Source: Piedraia hortae CBS 480.64 (taxonomy: Eukaryota). Taken from it: a stretch of 64,000 nt of DNA. The position numbers were made by a program, and so were the translations under genes. The notes below the pieces were generated by a model, which ran no database searches, was not told the origin of the DNA, and was given only the letters and a program-made list of their open reading frames with translations. Below, piece by piece: positions 23,287-34,770 of the stretch (position 1 is the first letter of the stretch; each line of letters opens with the position of its first letter). The stretch covers positions 372,001 to 436,000 of the forward strand of contig MU005962.1 in assembly GCA_010093745.1 (NCBI GenBank), in the 5' to 3' direction.

Positions 23287-25821
23287 TCATCCGCTGTCAT
23301 ACATTTCACCATCTTCAAGACTTGTCATCTGTACAACAAACTCCCTCTGCAGATTTTGCAGCCATGTCGTCAAAGTCTCGTCTTCCATTTTCCCATTCTG
23401 CGCCTGTAACAGGTGCTCCCTCAAGTTCAAGAGTAGTCTCCTCTTTCTGGCTCGTTGCAGTGCCTCGCTGCATCTCGAAGGCCTAGCTTCGCTTATACGT
23501 TCCAACGCGGCTACCACCATCTCCGCGAAGTTTATGACATCGGGTGGGAGCGCAACCATCCTGGCCAGTTTTAAACCATAATGTGACTGTTGTACTGTTC
23601 CGGAAGCGATGCTGTATAACATTTCCATGTCATCGTTACCACCATCGCAGTTCACCGCAAGATGAAGATTCACAACACCGTTTCTTTCCCCTAGGGTACT
23701 CGCCAATTCACGGAAATGGGTTGCAAACCAAACCAATGCCCTGCTGGCTACAAGCGCTTCAGCTATAGCTAATGAGATGGCCAGGCCATCCCTTGTGCTC
23801 GTACCACGACCGAGTTCGTCTATAATCACTATGGTATCCTTGTCGACGTTGCGGAGTATGAAAGCAGTTTCTCGTAGCTCGGCGGAGAAGGTTGATACGT
23901 TTGCTTCAATATTATCATCGGTGGATACGCGCGCAAACAACTGGCGGATAATGGGGAATGCTGCATACTGCGCGGGCACAAAGCTTCCTATCTGTGCCAT
24001 GATGGTCATCAATGCAACTGAACGGATATATGTACTTTTACCGCTCATGTTGCAGCCAGTTATGATTTGGAGACGGGTTTGTTGAGTCGCATAGACGTCG
24101 TTGGGCACAAAAGGGCTGTGTTGAATTTTCTCGAGAATGGGATGCCGCCCGGAGCGTATGGCAAGAGCATCGGAGATAGTGGGCCGAACGTACTCTTGGC
24201 TAGTGGCTACATGTGCTAGGGACGACAGCATGTCAAGCATGGCTATGCCTTCACCAATCTTGAACAAAGCTGGCATGAATCTCCGCATGTCAGATACGAG
24301 CTGCTGAACCGCCTGATCACTCATCAGCAGAACTTCTGTATGCGCGTCGAAAATCTTTTGGTTGAGTTTCTTAAGGTCCAGGGTTTGACACTCGATCATA
24401 TCTTTCTTCCGATACGCATTGATAAAGACAGGGGGCAATTCTCGCTGTTCCAGGTCGCGAGCTCGCAAACGAATGTAAAACTGCCGCACATTATCGAAAC
24501 GTGTCTGCAGTGGCAAGTTATGTTCATCTTTGAGCTGGCTGATGTGCTCCAATGCGTCTGTCATGGCCTCTTTGTATGTTTGCCTGGCAACGTCAAGCAG
24601 TCCATTTACTCCTGATTTGACGGCATAAGTCCGCTGATTGCGCAGGTCTAACGGCTGACGAGCATAGGTAACATCATCGTTTAGGACTTCCGCAATCAAC
24701 ACTTGGACGGGCTCAACATTTTCTGGTGCGCAAAGAGTGGCAATTTCTTGGAGCATGGATGAGCGTGCGTTAGCCAGGCCCTCCCTGAGTGGTTCGATAA
24801 GGCCAACAAACTGTTTTAGCATGATAACGTTATTGATGGTTTGTTCGATGCCGCTCAAATCTTCCTGCGCTGGTGCCAGGATCAGACGGGTGAGCGCTTT
24901 GTCCACATCAAGGAAAGGCTTCAATGCAGTTCTAACTGCGAAAAACATCTCTTCATTGGTGCTAAGCTCCTCTAGCGCATTGTAGCGAACATCTAATGTG
25001 TCGGGGTCAGTCAGTGGCTGTAATATATTGCTTCGTAACAGCCGGGCTCCCATCGGAGTCGAAGTCTCATTTAGCAGGCCATATAAGCACTCCTTTGACT
25101 TTGGATTACAGATATTTTGTACAAGTTCAAGCGACTGAATGGTGGATAGATCAATCATCATAGACCCCTCGGATGGCTCATACTTGATGCGTAATGAATT
25201 AGGCAAAAACTTTCGCTTGAGCCCAAGCTCGATATGTTTGATCACTGCAGCAAAGCAACACACAGCAAAGTATTTCCCAGTCACAGCCGTTTTGATTGAT
25301 TCTACATCCTCTGGGAATGCCAGGTTCTGGATAGATTTCAATCCGCTCCCTTCATCCCAGTATCGACGGTCCAGAAGGGTTATGGCACTATCAAAATCAT
25401 CCAGGCTATCCTCTAATATGGAGAAGAGCTTGGACTTGGGACGAGCGGCAGTAGCGACAATGATGATTGTGCTCGGGACAAAGACCATAAGCTTATGTAC
25501 CGTGCGTACATACGTCTGACTGTCATTTATTTGGCTGAGCACAGCTTCGCCCGTGTCAAGGTTGACAAAAGCAAGTCCTACGGTTGGAGAAACACCTCGT
25601 GATTCGCCAACTGCACAGATGATATCTTGACTGTCCGCACCGAGAACAGAAATGCCAGTACGGGAGCGTGCAGTGCTTGGTCGACCCGTTGTGCTCGGGC
25701 GAGAAGTGCTTGGTCTACACCCAATGGTTCGAGATCGGGTATTGACGGAAGGAACGTCATCCTGCAGGGGAATTCCCATCAGAATGCTAGCAGTGCTTGA
25801 TGTCTGCCTGGTATTTGGCAT
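23287..25821 (-). CDS. MSH4: Meiotic MutS homolog 4
   Basis: ICAVGESRGVSPTVGLAFVNL, TPMGARLLRSNILQP, YAVKSGVNGLLDVARQTY, ITGCNMSGKSTY (Walker A), IIDELGRGTS, FATHF; no mismatch-binding N-domain; intronless. Confidence 0.95.
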   Translation of the reverse strand: MPNTRQTSSTASILMGIPLQDDVPSVNTRSRTIGCRPSTSRPSTTGRPSTARSRTGISVLGADSQDIICAVGESRGVSPTVGLAFVNLDTGEAVLSQINDSQTYVRTVHKLMVFVPSTIIIVATAARPKSKLFSILEDSLDDFDSAITLLDRRYWDEGSGLKSIQNLAFPEDVESIKTAVTGKYFAVCCFAAVIKHIELGLKRKFLPNSLRIKYEPSEGSMMIDLSTIQSLELVQNICNPKSKECLYGLLNETSTPMGARLLRSNILQPLTDPDTLDVRYNALEELSTNEEMFFAVRTALKPFLDVDKALTRLILAPAQEDLSGIEQTINNVIMLKQFVGLIEPLREGLANARSSMLQEIATLCAPENVEPVQVLIAEVLNDDVTYARQPLDLRNQRTYAVKSGVNGLLDVARQTYKEAMTDALEHISQLKDEHNLPLQTRFDNVRQFYIRLRARDLEQRELPPVFINAYRKKDMIECQTLDLKKLNQKIFDAHTEVLLMSDQAVQQLVSDMRRFMPALFKIGEGIAMLDMLSSLAHVATSQEYVRPTISDALAIRSGRHPILEKIQHSPFVPNDVYATQQTRLQIITGCNMSGKSTYIRSVALMTIMAQIGSFVPAQYAAFPIIRQLFARVSTDDNIEANVSTFSAELRETAFILRNVDKDTIVIIDELGRGTSTRDGLAISLAIAEALVASRALVWFATHFRELASTLGERNGVVNLHLAVNCDGGNDDMEMLYSIASGTVQQSHYGLKLARMVALPPDVINFAEMVVAALERISEARPSRCSEALQRARKRRLLLNLREHLLQAQNGKMEDETLTTWLQNLQREFVVQMTSLEDGEMYDSG

Positions 25822-26234
25822 GATGAGTGTTGAAAGTCGAATTCGCGTGATGGTGCGGAGTGCAAATTTTCAAACCACCATCAGCCCAAGCTTTCGTAAC
25901 CACCTTTGCATCACACCTTCAACAGCTCAATGCGGGGCAATTGAAGGGCATCGCCTAGTCTACGCACATGTTATCCATGGACAATTTACAATGATTCTCA
26001 CGTGCCGCCAAGCAAAGAACTATGATGCTTATATCACTCAACGGTGGAGCCATGGGCGACCCACCAGATCAAATCGTTCACAGATGTGGAAATGAGTGGC
26101 GATTGAGCTAACTTCAAACTCCAAAAGAGATTATTCACCAAAAACTGGACCAGATAGCAGAATGGGTATCATCATTTTTTTCCTCGGGGCCAAGTGTTGA
26201 TTTCATGTGACTCGTAGATGAGACGGGTCTTGTT

Positions 26235-28808
26235 TCACTCCATTTTATTGAAACCAAGCAGCGCTTCCAGCATGTCTACTTCACCCAAAGGTGGCCCGTA
26301 AATGGAGGCGTCTACATCGGCGTTTGCATTGATCAGATTGTCCAAAGGGAGGGTTAACCAATCGCCCATATCTGCTTGTGGCAGTGGCAGTGGGAGCGGC
26401 ATAGGCGAATCAAAGCCCACATATGGCGGTGGCATAACGGAAAACTCTTCTCGGCATGGCATCTCATTGTGAGGGCTGGCAACGGGTGCAGTTGGCCTTC
26501 TCTTGACATGTTTGCCGTCGGCTCCAATGCGAACGAGACGCGGCTTGAGATGGTCTGCAAGACTTTTTAGCAGAACCGCAAACCTTGATGCAACGTGAGC
26601 ATCGTCCACCACACAGGTCTGGAGGGCTTCAATGGTGCGGTCGACCAGCTGCAAGGAATCAGCAGTATCACTAGCCGTGGCACCAAGCGCAAATGATTTC
26701 AAGAGCATCGTGCAGGCACCGACAATGCGAAAATAGGTACGAACTGGGGCAAAGCGGAGGGCTCCATTTGGATACAGGCCGTCAACAACTGCTTTGAGGA
26801 GATTCCTCGCTCCTTCGGCCACAGCTAAGACGTATTTTCTATCTCCCCCAAGCCATCTGGCCAGTTCATGGGGAGGGATGGCAGAGCCGCCAGTGGTAGA
26901 CTCGCTCATGCTTGTGCACCGCTCAGCAACGACCTGAAGCGCCAATGCGCAATTGTACACCCGGCAGTAGTAATATTCAATTTCCAAGACATGACGCTGC
27001 GGCGTGGGAATTTCCGTACAGGCACAGAAATCGCGCCACCAGACGTCAAGGGGGCGTATCATGGAGTCGATGGAAGCATTGTACTGACCGCTGCGGATCA
27101 AGCGTCGCGTAAAGGCTTTGTTCTTGAAGACTTCCTCGTTGCCGCGTCGCATCAAACGTGCAATGCGCAGCCAAAAGTGCAGCACGGCCTGAGGGGGACT
27201 GAATTTCTCGGCTTGGAACGTTGGACTGTCCTCAGGATTGCTGTACGTGCTAGGGACCATGGAAGTCGCACCTAGTCGACCACTCGTTTGCGTCACATAG
27301 GCAAGGAGCAGATCTCGCACGTTGCCGCGTCGATACTCGTAAGCGATCAGATCATCGTGGGTGCCCAGAGTGGAATTGAGAGTTGCTACATGTCTGTCGG
27401 CGTCGGCTGCGTCAAAGACTCCTACTTCGTAAGCCAACGAAGTGGCCATTCCCAGGAGCATCCAGCACATGCGATCACTGCGCCAGCACGGCTCTAACCA
27501 GGCGTCCATATGTTGCCCTCCAGGGCCCCGCGAGGGGTCGGTAGGGTCGCTAATGCTGGGTGTCCCAACGGGATGCTCAGGCAGCATCAGCTCGTCGTCG
27601 GCCTCGTCTGGAGGAAAGAAGACTGCGCGCGGATGCCACTCGGTCAGCAAAACCAGAGACTCAATTGTGCCAAGTGTCCGTAGACCACGGCGTGCAAGGG
27701 GGTGGACATCGCTGGCCGGCTCATTCACCGATTCCGCGCCCAGCTGCTCCTGGCCCCAAACTACTCTATTGATCATGCCCGACAGATACTTCCAGAGCTT
27801 GTTCTGTATAGCGTGCGGGCGGCCCATAGCGCCAGGGCCTTCCAGATGCATGTGGCGCGCAGCAATCAGCAAAATAGTGACAGCCAGCATGGGCTCAGTT
27901 GTGAGCAGACGCTCGTGCATATGATACGGTCTAAAGTCTGGCAGCACGGCGGGTGTCAGGGGCGCGAGGTGAGTGTAAAAGTAGACGACATAGTCGATGC
28001 CTTCCTTCGCCGTAAACCAACCGGCGCGTACAAAGCGGAACCGCAACCACGCACGCAGGGCCCCCATGTATCCCTCGACGTCGCTGGCTACACGTACACT
28101 CGCACTGGCATGGCTGCCTCCGTTCGGCTGTGCCATGGGAAGATCCACGGCTGGGCTCGTTGGCTGCGGCAGAGGCGTTGGGGACAGTCCGGGAAAGCTG
28201 GAGCGATCCATCTTTGACCAGTTCAGCGCATCCCGTTGGGCCGCGAGCGACAGCAGCTTCAGCGCGTCGTGGCCGCTGTGAATCTCCGACGACTGAAGCA
28301 CGGCGGCGGCATGCTCTGCCCCTGCCTCGTCTTCCTCAGTGTATTGCTGGACATGTGAGCCCGGCCTACGCAGAGGCATGCTACGACCTCTTCCGCCTCC
28401 CGGCGTGCGCGGCGGCTCTTCCTCGTCAACTATGCCCGTTTCCGATGTTCCAACGCTGGACAGGATTCGAGGCCGTTTGCGGCCAATCTTAATATCAACC
28501 ACCTCTCCTTCGCCATCGCTGGCGCCCGTCCAACTGCCATCTGCGCGGCGTTTTTTCCTTCGTGTCGATGAAAAGTAGCACTCCTTGCACTCGCGCTTGC
28601 ACCTCAGGCAAGGTGGATCGTTGGGATGGTCGACGGAGCCAAGATCGCAGCGGACCTTGCGTCGGCGACAGGGGATGCAAGCTTGAGTGCGTCAGCAAGG
28701 TTCCTCCATCGCCAGCACCGTTATTTCACCTTGATAGGTGCGTTGGTGCACCGGTTGCTCCTTCCTCTCCGAAGCTGGAGTGGAAGCAGCAACGACGTTC
28801 GAATCCAT
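26235..28808 (-). CDS. ARO80: Zn(II)2Cys6 transcription factor, Aro80-like
   Basis: ATG 28808 MDSNVV...HQRTYQ, intron 28729-28682, ACIPCRRRKVRCDLGSVDHPNDPPCLRCKRECKECYF, running into the 755-aa ORF with FRFVRAGWFTAKEG and LRTLGTIESLVLLTEWHPR. Confidence 0.8.
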
Positions 28809-29350
28809 TGAGGTTTCGTGGCCGCACGTGGAGGGGGCGGATTTGTCTGTACGCTGTCTTTCCCCGCCACCCCGCATTTTTATCGTCTGCGGGGCGGACA
28901 GACGCCAGTGCGGGGCCGATGCATGCCAAGACGCCCTGGAAGACATAGACACTCGCAGAAGAAATTTTCCGGGGGATGGGCTATGTGTGCTTTGGAAGGA
29001 GAACTGGATCCTGCCCTCGGTGTGCATTTTCGACTTGGCTATCTTGAGTTCCTGAGATTGGTAATGCCAAAGTTACCTGGTTCAAACACTCGCTGGTACG
29101 GGTGTTGGCAAGTACTGGCGTCCGGGAAAGCGAAAGTAATGGAAGCCTTTTTCTTCACCTCTCCGTCAGCAAACACTGGCGTCCATGTTGCACTCTTGCG
29201 TAGACGCTGTACGGTGCCATATCATAGCCACGTGGCAAACGTGGGGGCGGGGCAGTGGCTGTGAAGTCATCGTGTGCCACAAACTCAACAGAATCCCCTC
29301 ACCCCCACCTGTGCCCCTGAACGAAGACCCCGCAATTCCAGACAACAACA

Positions 29351-32218
29351 ATGTCGTTCTTGTTTGACAAAGTCAAGGGTGCCATCAATGACATTAGTGG
29401 CAGCGCCAGCGGAAACGCTTCTGCTGCGGGCCTGGAGCAGCCGCAGCCGAAGCGTCGGCCGGGAGAGCGCTTCCACTGCCACAGCAGTGACAATAGAGTT
29501 TGCTCCCACCCGGAGAACCACCACACGCATCGCTTCCAGTCCTTTGCCCCCCAGAGGGCGGGCAATGAAGTCAAATGGTATGTTGATGGCTGTAGTTATA
29601 TGTATGCCGTCAGCGTTGCGCTTGAACAGGCGCGCGAGAGCATATGGATCTTGGATTGGTGGCTGAGCCCCGAGCTGTACCTGCGGAGGCCTCCCGCCAA
29701 GAATGAGCAATATCGGCTCGACAAGATGCTGTTCAATGCTGCGCATAGGGGTGTGCAGGTCAATATCATTGTCTACAAGGAGGTGACGCAGGCTTTGACA
29801 CTGTCTTCGCACCACACCAAGCATTGGCTGGAGGATCGCGATCCCACAGGCAATATCAAGGTTTTTCGCCATCCTGACCATCTTCCAGACAGGCAGACCA
29901 TGGCGTCCAACATGTGGAACAATATCAAGCAGACGGGCCTCAATGCTGCCAAGCTCAGCCAGCTCCCTGGTGACTTTATAAAAGGAGTCTACGGCATGAG
30001 CGGCGACACCATCCTCTACTGGGCTCACCACGAGAAGCTCTGCGTAGTCGATGGGCGCATAGGTTTCATGGGAGGACTGGATCTGTGCTACGGCCGCTGG
30101 GATACCAACCAGCATCCAATTGCCGACTTCCATCCCAATGACCTTAACGAAATAGTTTTTCCCGGATGCGACTATAATAATGCCAGAATTATGGACTTTG
30201 CCGATGTGAGCAACTGGGAACAGAACAAGTTGGACCGCAGGCGCAATTGCCGCATGGGCTGGTCCGACGTGGCACTGTGCATGCGTGGGCCCATTGTGGA
30301 GGATATGAAGTCGCACTTTGCCCAACGATGGAACATGATTTACTTCGAAAAATACGACGTCCGCCAGGATGAGCGCTACCATCCGATTGACCAGCCAACG
30401 TCCAAGGCAGGCATCATCGGGCCGCCATACGAGATGGGACAGGATGGTGTTCTGCGGGGCGAAGGCCAGTATGAAAACTTCCGTGAACGCATGCACCAGC
30501 AACTCGAGAAAGCTCGAAGCGTGATCGAGAATCGCCAGAAGTTGTCGTACCATCGCTTCCCCGAGCAGGAGTATCCTCCTGGCCAGCTCGGCGGCATGAA
30601 CGTGCAGCTGATGAGAAGTTGCGCAAAGTGGTCGCATTCAACGTTCGTTGAGCATTCGATTGCGAACGCTTACATCCAGACAATCGCCAACAGCCAGCAT
30701 TTTGTCTACATCGAAAACCAGTTCTTCATCACAGCCACAGGTACTGCCCAATATCCCGTGCGCAACCGTATTGGCGCGGCGCTGGTGGAGCGCATCGTGC
30801 GTGCTGCTCGAAACGGCGAGCCATATCACGTAATTGTCAACATCCCCGCCGTTCCGGGATTTGCCGGCGACCTCAAGATTGACGATAGCCTGGGCACCCG
30901 CGCAATCATGGAGTTCCAGTACGATAGCATCTGCCGCGGTGGCAACAGCATCATGGAAAAAATCGCCGAAGCGGGCGTGGATCCGATGCAGTACATTCGC
31001 TTCTACAACCTGAGAAACTACGACCGCATTCGCAACGATAGCGACGGACGTTCGGCGCAGAGGGAAACAAGCACCAACTACGACAATGTGGGGCTTGGTC
31101 TTGACCAACGATCCAGGGGTGGCGATGAATACAACGCCTCTCGAGAAATGTCCCAGCAGGGCGAGTACGATGCTACGCAGCAGATGTACCAGGGTAGCGA
31201 CTATCGCAATTCGCGAGCCATGTCGCAGCGCGGCGATTATGGCAGCCAGGATATGTGCCAGGGCGATGGTTATGACAATCCACAAGGAGCGTACCAGGGC
31301 GACAACTATGGCACCTTCCAGGGAATGTATCAAGGTGGCGCCTACAACAACTCGCAACAGATGCAGCACAGCGGAGGCGATGGCTGGAGCTCTGCCCGTC
31401 CACGCGGAGGGGGTCACGGTTGGGACACTGTCTCATCCTGCTACATGCTCGGAGGCGAAGACATTCGCAATGTGCCTTGGGACGGCGACGCAGAATCCGA
31501 ACTGGATGCTTTTGTCAGCGAGCAATTGTACATTCACTCAAAGCTCCTTATCGCCGATGACCGAGTTGTCATTTGTGGCTCCGCCAACCTCAATGACCGT
31601 TCTCAGCTTGGACCCCACGATTCGGAGATAGCAGTCTTGATTGAGGACCAAGAGGAGATTGAAAGCCGAATGGCTGGCCGTCCATGGCGAGCGACTAAAT
31701 TTGCCGCAGGCCTCCGTCGCCACCTCTTCCGTAAACACATTGGTTTGCTGCCCCCACAAGACATGGAAAGGGAAGATGCGAATTATCTGCCCGTTGGTTT
31801 CGATACCAACTTGTACGATTGGGACAGCCAGGAAGACTATGCTGTGGTTGACCCCGTTGATGAAAGCTTTCTCAACCTCTGGAACCGCACCGCGGCCACC
31901 AACACGGAGATGTTCAGAAAGGTCTTCCATCCAGTTCCCGACGACACTGTGAAGAACTGGAAAGACTATGAAAACTTTTACACCAAATATTGCCCCCCTC
32001 CTTCGCCAAAGGACAAGGATGGTGTTCAAATTCAAAAGTTGGGTCACGTTGTGAGGGAAGAATTTTCTCCTGGTGAGGAAGGCTTGAGGGAAGTCAAGGA
32101 ATGTCTCAGCAGAATCAGAGGGACATTAGTGGAAATGCCCCTCACCTTTTTGCAGGAAGAGGACATTGCGAAGGAGGGAATTGGTTTGAATAAGTTGACC
32201 GAGGAAGTGTATACCTAG
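29351..32218 (+). CDS. Phospholipase D lacking PX/PH domains (fungal PldA type)
   Basis: VKWYVDG, WILDWWLSPELYLRRPP, two HKD motifs (HHEKLCVVD, HSKLLIADD..GSANLNDRS), YIENQFF; intronless. Confidence 0.93.
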   Translation: MSFLFDKVKGAINDISGSASGNASAAGLEQPQPKRRPGERFHCHSSDNRVCSHPENHHTHRFQSFAPQRAGNEVKWYVDGCSYMYAVSVALEQARESIWILDWWLSPELYLRRPPAKNEQYRLDKMLFNAAHRGVQVNIIVYKEVTQALTLSSHHTKHWLEDRDPTGNIKVFRHPDHLPDRQTMASNMWNNIKQTGLNAAKLSQLPGDFIKGVYGMSGDTILYWAHHEKLCVVDGRIGFMGGLDLCYGRWDTNQHPIADFHPNDLNEIVFPGCDYNNARIMDFADVSNWEQNKLDRRRNCRMGWSDVALCMRGPIVEDMKSHFAQRWNMIYFEKYDVRQDERYHPIDQPTSKAGIIGPPYEMGQDGVLRGEGQYENFRERMHQQLEKARSVIENRQKLSYHRFPEQEYPPGQLGGMNVQLMRSCAKWSHSTFVEHSIANAYIQTIANSQHFVYIENQFFITATGTAQYPVRNRIGAALVERIVRAARNGEPYHVIVNIPAVPGFAGDLKIDDSLGTRAIMEFQYDSICRGGNSIMEKIAEAGVDPMQYIRFYNLRNYDRIRNDSDGRSAQRETSTNYDNVGLGLDQRSRGGDEYNASREMSQQGEYDATQQMYQGSDYRNSRAMSQRGDYGSQDMCQGDGYDNPQGAYQGDNYGTFQGMYQGGAYNNSQQMQHSGGDGWSSARPRGGGHGWDTVSSCYMLGGEDIRNVPWDGDAESELDAFVSEQLYIHSKLLIADDRVVICGSANLNDRSQLGPHDSEIAVLIEDQEEIESRMAGRPWRATKFAAGLRRHLFRKHIGLLPPQDMEREDANYLPVGFDTNLYDWDSQEDYAVVDPVDESFLNLWNRTAATNTEMFRKVFHPVPDDTVKNWKDYENFYTKYCPPPSPKDKDGVQIQKLGHVVREEFSPGEEGLREVKECLSRIRGTLVEMPLTFLQEEDIAKEGIGLNKLTEEVYT

Positions 32219-32464
32219 ATGGGGTCAAATTATGAGCACAGTATCGTCTTTTCTTCTGACAGATATGCCCACACAAAAATCCTACCCTTGACAACCAGGT
32301 GACTTTATCCTACATCGCAAATGTGCATGGATCCATGTATTATAGCCCCCGATTGGCCACGAATGGACTCGATGACCGTTGCTCGGTGATAAGACGGACC
32401 GGCCCAGCGGACCGAGCCCAATGCTTCATTTTCTTCCCCTCCTCCCAATGCGGTACGATCGAAC

Positions 32465-33315
32465 ATGCTGGTGACGGAAAGCCACACCACGGTTACAACA
32501 TCCCTTGGGGGTGATATGCGAATCTTCCTCTTCCATCCATCCATACCTGGTTACCCGAATGCCAAATTCCCTGGCGTAGTCTTGTTCAGTGAAATTTATC
32601 AAGTAACCGGTCCGGTCGCGCGCTTTGCTCGTCAAATTGCCGGCCACGGCTATATTGTCGCTGCTCCGTCTTCCTACCACGAGTTTACTTCGTGGGAGCC
32701 GTTGGCATACGACATCCCCGGCACGGATAAGGGCAATAAGTGGAAGGTCGAAAAAAAGGTAGCCGCCTATGATGAAGATGCAAAGCTGAGCATAGACGTT
32801 CTCTTAAAGGATGAGAGATGTAACGGTCGCATTGGAACGACAGGCATGTGTTTGGGAGGGCACCTGGCCTTTCGCTGCGCGCTGGATCCCAGGGTGAGTG
32901 CGGCTGTGTGCTATTTCGCCACGGATTTACACTCACACACGCTGGGCGCGGGTGGAGACAATTCCCTTCAGAGAGCAAAAGATATCAAAGGAGAATTGAT
33001 CATGGTACGTGACCGGTATTTGTTTCAGTGGCTAGACTGACTGGGCAGATCTTTGGCAAGAAAGACACCCATGTTCCACCCGCAGGAAGAGATTTGATAC
33101 GGAAAGCTTTGCACGAAGCAGGTGTCATTTTTAGCTTCTACGAGCCGGAGTGGGTCCAACATGCCTTTATCAGAGACGAGTTGAGCAAAGGTCGATACGA
33201 TCCCGCAATCAGTGGCATCTGCTTCCAGATGCTGCTTGAGCTATTTGGTCGAACTCTGAGGAGTGATTTGGGACCTCCAGAAAGTAGCAATGCGGCCCCC
33301 GAGCACGTTTGCTAA
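32465..33315 (+). CDS. Dienelactone hydrolase family (carboxymethylenebutenolidase-like)
   Basis: PGVVLFSEIYQVTGP, GTTGMCLGGHLA (nucleophile Cys), IFGKKDTHVP, QHAFIRDE; intron 33005-33048. Confidence 0.9.
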
Positions 33316-33561
33316 TCTTAACGACAGTTATTTCAATCAACGGAGCTCAGTCGATGCCATTTAGTAGTTCACTTCATTAAAGAGTCAACCCACAGCATGT
33401 AAATGAGCACGGCTTTCACGTAAATGACCATTTAACGACATTTGTTTCATGTACTCAATCGTCGTGCAGAAAAATGCCCAAAGGACAGATGGAAACACGG
33501 CAGCGCGGGACATGAACAAACCACCCAAACGCCCCATTTTATGCAATTGTGCGGCCAACCG

Positions 33562-34378
33562 TTAACGCAAAACATTATGTCTACAATTGTAGATCAGCAA
33601 AATCACTAAACAGACAAAAATGCAGGGACTTACTCCTTCAGAACTGCTTCGACCGTCTTGGGGCTCACCTCACCTTCTTCTGGCAACTCATCAATCAACG
33701 GGACAAGCGTCGCAAATTTTTCCCCGTCTTCGTATGCCAGCAGGGCCGGAACGCCGGCGCGTTCCATTTGTGCTTCGCAGTAGTGCATTTTGATAAATCG
33801 AGTCTGGTCTGCGTACCGCCGCGCCAGGTTACGCAAACATCCTTCTATAACTGTACTCACTTGCGACTAAATTTCCATTAGCATTGCACCCAATCCCCAT
33901 TCAAGGTTGGGAATCGCACGCGGTCGTCAAATATGAACACCACCACTACCGTCCCCGAGGGAGACTGGTCCACGGCTTCAAGGTAGCGCTCTCCATCTAC
34001 CGTAGGCATTCCACCCCACTGTCGTGGTTCGATTTCGGCTTTTCGTCCGCTCCGGAGCTCTTGGAGCCGACCGATCCTCCATTTTCGCATGAAATCGTCG
34101 TCGTCTTTGCTATCACAAGCCCGTGTCCCATTTTGGGTGCGCTGTCGTGAATCGGCATAATCTTGAGCGTCAGAAATGACTCCCTTGGGCCCGGTATTGG
34201 CCTGGTACCGCGTTTTTGGGATTTTGTCACGCGACTTCCCAACTCGTTGCTGCGCCGTCGTGATTTCTGGAGAGGCACCTTCTTCGCTATTGCTACACTC
34301 GTCATCACTTTGAGTCCTTTTCAGTCGATGCTGTCCGCTTCTCATCAGCTGATCAAATTCGTCTTGAGCAGCCGACAT
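33562..34378 (-). CDS. phnA: Phosducin-like protein (PhLP1, PhnA/BDM-1 type)
   Basis: NTGPKGVISDA motif, FMRKWRIGRLQEL, thioredoxin-like domain (VVVFIFDD, FIKMH, GVPALLAYEDGEKFA). Introns 33919-33867 and 33633-33581; ends KEHNVLR. Confidence 0.88.
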
Positions 34379-34770
34379 GGCTGGACGCGACAGCGGTCGG
34401 GAGGAAACGCAGGATTACTTGGACCACAGGAAAGTGGATACCGAGGGGCAAGTCGGCGCCTGTCCAGATGGTGTAGCCTGACTCGCGAACAGCTATATCC
34501 ACATCATTTAGAGTTCTGTGGGAAACATTTTCTGTTTGATCGGATAACCACAGCTGTGGCCTGTTTACCGTGCATTGCAGCTGGACGTCTAACATAAATT
34601 CCAATCACAAGAGAACAGAAGACAGGCATCATAATGCATCGGCGGTGATGTGAATATGTAAACGCCCCAATCACCCAAATAAGCGCGCTCAACAAAGGCC
34701 CCCTCTTGCGCAATTAACAATCGAATTTTATAGACACCTGCTGATAATTAAGGTCAGTTCCTTGCCGCTC

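Noticed and set aside
29285..30637. 450-aa minus-strand ORF (and 259-aa ORF 30638-31417) antisense to PLD
   Set aside because: Shadow ORFs expected from the codon bias of a GC-rich sense gene; no recognisable motifs.
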